Shown here in pieces: positions 14,055 through 18,888 of a stretch of DNA of 18,888 nucleotides. The stretch is from a virus. Positions within the stretch are counted from its first letter, which is position 1, and every line of letters starts with the position of its first letter. The stretch lies in the IMG/VR virus record IMGVR_UViG_3300045988_111857. One strand, 5' to 3'. A program made the translations under genes and the position numbers. The notes below the pieces were generated by a model, which was not told the DNA's origin, did not search any database, and saw only the letters and a list, made by a program, of their open reading frames with translations.

Positions 14055-14131
14055 ATAAGCAACGCGTGATATCGTATGCGCGCCCCACGTTCTTAGGAGG
14101 ATAAGCCTATTGGCTCAAGAAAATGTCAAGT

Positions 14132-15274
14132 TTAAGCTTTAGTAGTAAACTGCACAGCGTTAGCGAACGGAGATGCAGAATAGATACGCCAGATATGGTG
14201 GAAGTAATTCCAATCCAGAGTAGAGCCAAGGTCAGTTTCACGCATGGTGTTCAGCTTAGTATAAATCTGGAAGAAATCACGGTCAACCATAAGTGCCTGA
14301 ATAGCGGTCATATCATTATCGTCAGGGGTAACGTGAGTATAGGTCTTATCGCCACCAGTTGCAATAGTGACAGCACCAGAGTCAGAGGGGTCATTACCAG
14401 TAAGCAGATGTTCCAGACGTTCCACTTCATACTTATTAAGAGCGAAGCTATCAACTTCCAGACGATGACCCATGAAATCTGCCTTATCCATGTTAAATGC
14501 ACTTGCCAGAACATCAACATCAATAGAAGCGGAAATATCAACAGGAACAATGGTGTACAGACGTTCAGCCGGAGTATTCATAGGAATACCAGCAGCGTTA
14601 TATTCCTTAGAAATGAACTTCATCTTGCCATAAATCTGGCGGAACTTCTTAACCAGGGTCTTGCCGGAAGCTTCATCAGTAACAGCAGCGACAGTTACTT
14701 TCTTCAGCTTATTGTTCTTTACCAGCTGATACAGCAGGTACTTCTTCATAATGAAAGCATCCAGTTCAGCAGGCTTATAAATCTGGTCAATAATATTCTG
14801 TACAAAGGCAGACAGGTTAGCTTCACTCATGAAAGCAGTTTCCAGAGCTTCACGATTGACAGTTACCTTGTACTTAATACGAGAGTTCACAGCATGGTAA
14901 GCAGTGTAAACCTCAGCAGGGTCGCTACCAAATTCAGCTTTCATAACTTCATCATTGGTAGCACGGTCAGCAGAGAAGTAGGGGGTTGCTTTCTGCATCA
15001 TTACATAAATTTCCTGAACAGTAGCGCCAGTGCCCAGAACACCCTTATCAAAAACCTGCCAAGGGTCTTCAAAAGAAATGTAACGCATAACGGTCAGGCC
15101 AATACGGTCAACCAGAGCATTACAGAAATAGTTTAAACGGGGTTCGTAAGAATTGATAAACGTCCATGCGGATTTAATAGATTCAGTAGTGTTTTCAATC
15201 TGAGGAGCGCCACCAAAAGTAGCATCACTACCAAATACAGCCTGAATAATACCAACAGCAGCAGAAGTAGCCAT
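14132..15274 (-). CDS. Major capsid protein (phi29 gp8-like; 380 aa from ATG 15274; track ORF opens at 15304)
   Basis: Motifs shared with gp8 as I recall it: LVDRIGL, DVDVLASAFNM (gp8 DVDVLAKAFNM), WNYFHHIW (gp8 WNYYYHVW) and FANAV. ATG 15274 lies 10 nt after AAAGGA. Confidence 0.88.
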   Translation of the reverse strand: MATSAAVGIIQAVFGSDATFGGAPQIENTTESIKSAWTFINSYEPRLNYFCNALVDRIGLTVMRYISFEDPWQVFDKGVLGTGATVQEIYVMMQKATPYFSADRATNDEVMKAEFGSDPAEVYTAYHAVNSRIKYKVTVNREALETAFMSEANLSAFVQNIIDQIYKPAELDAFIMKKYLLYQLVKNNKLKKVTVAAVTDEASGKTLVKKFRQIYGKMKFISKEYNAAGIPMNTPAERLYTIVPVDISASIDVDVLASAFNMDKADFMGHRLEVDSFALNKYEVERLEHLLTGNDPSDSGAVTIATGGDKTYTHVTPDDNDMTAIQALMVDRDFFQIYTKLNTMRETDLGSTLDWNYFHHIWRIYSASPFANAVQFTTKA

Positions 15275-15291
15275 TATAGAATCATCCTTTC

Positions 15292-15603
15292 TTAATAATT
15301 GCACTCAATATCCAGAGTGCCATCAATAATGAGTTTGCCTTTAGCGTCAGCGGTTAGAGTTACAACACCAGCGGAAGTTACACTAGCACTAGAAATGGTG
15401 CCATCTGCAAGAACTACACGCAAGCAGGGAATAGAATTGGTAACTACAAATTTACCGTAATCAGTTTTCATAACACGAGCCATTACTTCACTGGGAATGG
15501 TAAATGCAGTAGTGTTCGGGGTTTTGTCTTTATCTAGGGCAGTATGGATAACCAGAACGTTAGAGAGGGTACTCATATTCTGGTTGTGGAAGGAATAGGC
15601 CAT
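15292..15603 (-). CDS. Hypothetical beta-rich protein (103 aa), possibly head-associated
   Basis: ATG 15603 lies 11 nt after AAGGAG and the gene is directly upstream of the capsid gene. No family recognised. Confidence 0.6.
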   Translation of the reverse strand: MAYSFHNQNMSTLSNVLVIHTALDKDKTPNTTAFTIPSEVMARVMKTDYGKFVVTNSIPCLRVVLADGTISSASVTSAGVVTLTADAKGKLIIDGTLDIECNY

Positions 15604-15618
15604 AAAATCATCAACTCC

Positions 15619-15864
15619 TTAAATGTCTTTGAGTAAATAAAAACCAATCAAATACGTGTAATCCTTAGTAATAGCTACTGGAGAATATAGAAAATATTTC
15701 TTGGTAAGTGTATCATACCTTATACCTACGGCACCTATATAACTTAATGAAGTGTTATAACTAGACACTACTCTCATCATCTGACAGGTATCATACAAAA
15801 GACGTTTAACAATCGCCGAAGGAACTTCTATAATCGGTGCAGAAGCTTCAAAATCTTTACCCAT
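15619..15864 (-). CDS. Hypothetical protein (81 aa)
   Basis: The ORF fills the gap and ends just before the RBS of the next gene. No clear Shine-Dalgarno sequence precedes ATG 15864. Confidence 0.45.
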   Translation of the reverse strand: MGKDFEASAPIIEVPSAIVKRLLYDTCQMMRVVSSYNTSLSYIGAVGIRYDTLTKKYFLYSPVAITKDYTYLIGFYLLKDI

Positions 15865-15947
15865 CTTAATATGACAAAAAAAGAAGATTATTGATTACCG
15901 TAAAATTATCATCATTGTAACTAAATGGTCTACTCACAATCTATCAC

Positions 15948-16265
15948 CTACTTTCTACCAAACATTTTCTTGACAAAAGCCTGCGCAGCTTCATCAATGG
16001 TAATTGTATTGCTGTTAGGTTTTTGATAATCATCATTCGGCTTATTATCATCATTCAGAAATGCTTTAACATAATCTTTGCGTAGATTATCATAGGCTTC
16101 ATGCCAGTTAGATGCACCATCGGGGCAACCATTAGTAAACTGTTCTGCTTCATTACGGCATTCATCAAATTCATCGAGAACGCCAGCAATCAGAGTTCCC
16201 TGTTCATCAGGTTTAGCATCGACAAAGCCACCAAGCATTGCAGAAATTTCGTCACGTGTTTTCAT
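15948..16265 (-). CDS. Acidic, probably helical protein (105 aa); scaffolding protein candidate
   Basis: TAATG overlap with the upstream stop. The size is near phi29 gp7 (98 aa) and the composition is Asp/Glu-rich. The assignment rests on size, charge and head-module location only. Confidence 0.4.
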   Translation of the reverse strand: MKTRDEISAMLGGFVDAKPDEQGTLIAGVLDEFDECRNEAEQFTNGCPDGASNWHEAYDNLRKDYVKAFLNDDNKPNDDYQKPNSNTITIDEAAQAFVKKMFGRK

Positions 16266-16864
16266 TATTTATTACTCCGTTCATAAGTAAGTTTAAGATT
16301 CTCACAAAGGGCAATAATTGCTTGCATATCAATGCCAGTTGCATGAATCTTAATAAAATCGCCTTTAGTAGATTCTCTGGGAACCGAAGTGTAATAACTA
16401 AGATGTTTCACGACATTAGAGTTTGCACAAGTAAAATCACTGTCCAACCAGTTAAGAGGATGTACACGCATATCGTGGTAAATTACTTCAAAGTGAAGGT
16501 GTGCGCCATAGCAATTACCAGTTGCACCAGAATACCCAATAAGCTGACCCTCGTAAACGTGTTGACCGTTTTTGACGAGACACTCTTTAAGGTGTGCATA
16601 GCGTGTTTCCAGCTTAGAACCATTATAATTGTTATGCCTAATTCTAACCATGTTGCCATAAGACTGCATCCCAGTTTTGGTTCTACCATCCCAGCTCTGT
16701 ACCTGATTTACTACACCATCCTCAGCTGCATAAACAGGTGTGCAAGGCGCAGCACGAAGGTCAATAGCATGATGGGCGGAACCGTCATTGTAAGTCCAGC
16801 CAGCTGTGATAATGTGTTTCTCTAAAGGCCAACAGAAAAGAACATCACCGTTTGATTTCCTCAT
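16265..16864 (-). CDS. M23 metallopeptidase endolysin candidate (199 aa from ATG 16864; track ORF opens at 16873)
   Basis: It has HxxxD (HHAIDL) and HxH (GAHLHFEV) motifs. ATG 16864 lies 9 nt after AGGAG. The gene directly follows and overlaps the holin gene. A non-catalytic C-terminal region of about 60 aa is present. Confidence 0.8.
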   Translation of the reverse strand: MRKSNGDVLFCWPLEKHIITAGWTYNDGSAHHAIDLRAAPCTPVYAAEDGVVNQVQSWDGRTKTGMQSYGNMVRIRHNNYNGSKLETRYAHLKECLVKNGQHVYEGQLIGYSGATGNCYGAHLHFEVIYHDMRVHPLNWLDSDFTCANSNVVKHLSYYTSVPRESTKGDFIKIHATGIDMQAIIALCENLKLTYERSNK

Positions 16865-17195
16865 TTTCTTCATCTCCTTTAAGTTTTTCCAGATAGGGCT
16901 TAAACAGAGCAGAAAGTTCAGGATTTACAGCGCACATATTCTCCATAATGCTGATAAGCTCCATAATGCAAATATAAGTAACTACAGCACCTACAAGGGG
17001 AATCTGGATGCCAAAGTCAACATATTGCATTGCATATTCAATACCATAAGAGCCTACCACAGCAAGAATTTCCATGCACTTGTGATAACCACCCTCACGC
17101 ATGATACTGGAATTATAAGAACCATCGTGCTTTGCTTTAATCAGCCCTGTGATAATGTCAAATACAATAAAACCAAGAACAATTACAAAGGGCAT
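16845..17195 (-). CDS. Holin (116 aa from ATG 17195; track ORF opens at 17213)
   Basis: ATG 17195 lies 8 nt after AGGAG. Hydrophobic segments are PFVIVLGFIVFDIITGLI, ILAVVGSYGIEYA and IPLVGAVVTYICIMELISI. The C-terminal tail is charged (KLKGDEENEEIKR). The FD.ITG and ELISI.EN motifs are typical of phi LC3/TcdE-type holins. Confidence 0.75.
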   Translation of the reverse strand: MPFVIVLGFIVFDIITGLIKAKHDGSYNSSIMREGGYHKCMEILAVVGSYGIEYAMQYVDFGIQIPLVGAVVTYICIMELISIMENMCAVNPELSALFKPYLEKLKGDEENEEIKR

Positions 17196-17212
17196 AAACT
17201 CAACTCCTAACA

Positions 17213-18211
17213 TTATACACCTACAATCTTCAAAATGTCCATCAGGTATCGCCTAATTATTTCATCTTCACAGTACAAACCCCCCAACCGATATTGTTTA
17301 ATAATATATAATAACCAGTTAGGACGTGGAGTGCGTGCAATCAAAATGGTGTTATAATCATGGTCATCATTTGTCAACGCATAAATCACGCCGCTACCCG
17401 GACTGTATTTTCTGGAAAGATAACATTTACCGGAAGAGAAGTCTACCCATAATCCTAAATAATCATCATGAATCTTAAAACCAAACTGATATTTAGCTTC
17501 AGGAGTTTTCTTAGCAATGCCAACTACACTATCAAGATAAAATTCATTGTGAACGGCATATTTACCAAACTTGCTACCTTTCATCAAACGGCCAAAGTCA
17601 GTTTTCTCTTTTGCTTCAATGTACTCTTCATTGTTAGCAATTTGAATTAAGACTAAACCCTCTCTAGTTGTAGCAATTTGCTTTTTGTTAATTGGCTTTT
17701 TAATATCGAATTCTGTGAAATATGGATTTGCCCATGTAACGGCATTGCCGAAGAAGAATACAACCACTCTGCGCATACGAGCAATGGTTTCATAGAGTTC
17801 ACAGAAAAATGTCACTTCATCTTTAAGATAACCGTGATGGCTTTCATCCATGGAGATAAATTCATCAAAGCAGATTTTATTAACGAGTGGAAGTTCTTCT
17901 GATTTTGCGCTTGAGATATAGCGAGTTTGACCAGCTAATTTGCCGTCTATATAATAAGCACCTTCAGGCGTTCCCTTTAACTCATGGTCGGGGAATTCAT
18001 GAGCAACAGCTGCCCAGAAATTTTCTTTGGCCTTCTTATTCATTTCAGTTTTATAGCGGCGAATATAAATAAATTGATTCCCGTTTTTGATAAAATCTTC
18101 AGCAGCCCATTTCTTAAAGCCATAAGTTTTACCACAACCACGAGAACCAACTACAAAATTAAAGAGCGCATTATAAGATAATGTGTTCTTTAAGTCCCAC
18201 CACATTGACAT
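17213..18211 (-). CDS. DNA encapsidation (packaging) ATPase, phi29 gp16-like (332 aa)
   Basis: Walker A is GSRGCGKT and a Walker B-like motif is ICFDEF. At 332 aa it is the same length as gp16. Recalled shared blocks are LSY..NFV.G.RG.GK, G.QFIY.RRYK, EFPDHEL and YIDGKLAG. ATG 18211 lies 9 nt after AAGGAG. Confidence 0.93.
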   Translation of the reverse strand: MSMWWDLKNTLSYNALFNFVVGSRGCGKTYGFKKWAAEDFIKNGNQFIYIRRYKTEMNKKAKENFWAAVAHEFPDHELKGTPEGAYYIDGKLAGQTRYISSAKSEELPLVNKICFDEFISMDESHHGYLKDEVTFFCELYETIARMRRVVVFFFGNAVTWANPYFTEFDIKKPINKKQIATTREGLVLIQIANNEEYIEAKEKTDFGRLMKGSKFGKYAVHNEFYLDSVVGIAKKTPEAKYQFGFKIHDDYLGLWVDFSSGKCYLSRKYSPGSGVIYALTNDDHDYNTILIARTPRPNWLLYIIKQYRLGGLYCEDEIIRRYLMDILKIVGV

Positions 18212-18229
18212 TGTAATACACTCCTTTCA

Positions 18230-18656
18230 TATTTAATATTAAGCCGAGGACTCGACCATTATGCTTAGAGTTAGCGTTCCAATTAACTTAGATTGCGAAC
18301 ATCTTGTGCTGTCCTTTTGGATGGCGGAGTAGGGAGAAAATGACAAACCTATGTAACCATCAAGCTAACAGGCGTGTTAGCGCGGCTGTTTCTCCGACTA
18401 TTGTGTTTAAGAATACTGCTGCGTTAGGTACCGAGCCTAACGGTTTTAAGAGTTCTACTACACAATGTCGGCTTTGGTGGTAGAAATGGGCACAACCCCA
18501 TTAACGTCCAATGACCAGTTTTCCGTTACTCTTAAAGAGTTCTACCATGTTAAGGGTGGCGAAAGGAATTGAGCTAGCAGTCACGCAAACCTATCCGTAA
18601 CGCTTCACGCGCCTGACCACGGCTTAGGAGCATCAATCGTGCCTTTCGCTCCCTAT
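18230..18656 (-). ncRNA. Long structured 5' leader / candidate stable RNA upstream of the packaging ATPase gene
   Basis: The six-frame track shows no ORF of 60 aa or more anywhere in 18212-18888. Hand-counted GC for 18241-18660 is about 47%. A consensus promoter lies immediately upstream. At least eight helices are readable by eye (coordinates given in the first finding). The 3' boundary is unknown. Confidence 0.6.
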
Positions 18657-18662
18657 GATTAT

Positions 18663-18691
18663 ATTATACTTTACAATCCGTATAAAGTCAA
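18663..18691 (-). promoter_or_regulatory. Near-consensus sigma-A/sigma-70 promoter for the leader RNA and late gene block
   Basis: On the - strand, TTGACT (18691-18686) is followed by a 17-nt spacer and TATAAT (18668-18663). The predicted start is near 18656-18654 (A), just before TAGGGAGCGAAAGG. Confidence 0.75.
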
Positions 18692-18767
18692 TAATACAGA
18701 TTGTACTTTTTGTAAAATTAGGAATGATTATTACATAGTGTATAATGCTAATTATGGGTTGGGTAAG

Positions 18768-18861
18768 AGGTACGATAAATGGGACTACTAAAATGAGCGA
18801 GGTGAGCAACCGGTTAAAGGTACGATAAACGGGACTCCAAGGTTAAAGTACGATAAATGGA
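18768..18861. repeat. Three subterminal direct repeats (g)gtacgataaa(t/c)gg at the right end only
   Basis: The copies are aggtacgataaatgggact (18768-18786), aggtacgataaacgggact (18818-18836) and aagtacgataaatgg (18846-18860). Copies 2 and 3 share the extended form ggttaaag(g)tacgataaa. Copy 3 runs into the ITR. Confidence 0.85.
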
Positions 18862-18888
18862 AAAAATTGGTAAAATGTTTTGACACTA
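18855..18888. repeat. Right inverted terminal repeat (34 bp)
   Basis: This is the exact reverse complement of bases 1-34. Confidence 0.95.

Noticed and set aside
14055-14131. A perfect TTGACA on the - strand (14129-14124) in the 77-nt gap after the capsid gene, considered as an internal late promoter; also a GC-rich CGCG hairpin considered as an attenuator
   Set aside because: No acceptable -10 lies 16-18 nt downstream; the best candidate, cttatc, matches 2 of 6. The hairpin (cgcg/cgcg with an interrupted inner stem) lacks a U-tract. Neither can be supported from sequence alone.
14123-15136. A 337-aa + strand ORF antisense to the capsid gene
   Set aside because: The opposite strand has clear gp8-like capsid motifs. 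This ORF has a low-complexity Ser/Ile/Asn/Leu-rich translation, lacks a properly spaced RBS, and would be transcribed against the late operon. It is an antisense open frame arising from codon bias.
15865-15947. An 83-nt intergenic gap with an A7/T7 run, considered as a terminator or promoter inside the head module
   Set aside because: Only weak 5-bp stems with long loops precede the T-run, and no consensus -35/-10 pair is present.
16238-16825. A 195-aa + strand ORF antisense to the M23 endolysin gene, and a 163-aa ORF at 13485-13976 antisense to the other M23 gene
   Set aside because: The - strand products carry intact HxxxD/HxH peptidase motifs. The + strand ORFs have no RBS or recognisable features.
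18291-18300. A T-loop-like GTTCGCAATC on the - strand, considered as a sign of a tRNA or tRNA-like element in the leader
   Set aside because: The flanking sequence gives only a 3-bp stem. I could not build an acceptor, D or anticodon arm around it on either strand.
18230-18656. A match of the leader to a known riboswitch class (c-di-GMP, ZTP, guanidine, glycine, cobalamin, preQ1)
   Set aside because: I could not find any of the conserved core sequences of these classes as I remember them. This is not a formal covariance-model search, so it remains open to checking.
1-18888. A temperate lifestyle, or a mobile element or plasmid interpretation
   Set aside because: No integrase, recombinase, repressor/antirepressor pair, partition genes or transposase were seen. 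The gene content is that of a small virulent phi29-like phage.

Overview
The window appears to be a complete 18,888-bp linear genome of a small phi29-like podophage with protein-primed replication. The host is probably a low-GC Gram-positive bacterium. The evidence is a perfect 34-bp inverted terminal repeat (1-34 vs 18855-18888), a family B DNA polymerase with YxDTDS and exonuclease motifs, and recognisable homologues of the phi29 gp16 packaging ATPase, gp8 capsid, gp9 tail knob and gp10 connector. A lower collar protein (by position) and a gp12-like beta-helix tailspike are also present. Layout: the + strand (1-7.5 kb) carries early genes. These are a GC-rich three-gene cassette bracketed by operator-like repeats, a run of tiny AT-rich genes including three five-cysteine paralogues, a putative terminal protein, two tiny membrane peptides, an unusually long 835-aa polymerase, a Cys-rich protein and a SpoVG-fold protein. 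The - strand (18.2 to 7.6 kb) carries the ATPase, holin, M23 endolysin, scaffold-like protein, capsid, a second M23 peptidase, tail knob, connector, lower collar and tailspike. The two gene blocks converge on a bidirectional terminator at 7577-7618. I saw no tRNA, CRISPR array, integrase or lysogeny genes. The most interesting element is an ORF-free, GC-enriched, helix-dense RNA leader of about 430 nt (18230-18656, - strand). It is driven by a perfect TTGACT-17-TATAAT promoter and lies directly upstream of the packaging ATPase gene. It is a candidate packaging RNA (pRNA) equivalent or a new large structured or regulatory phage RNA. All homology statements rest on motifs recalled from memory and read by eye; no searches were run.
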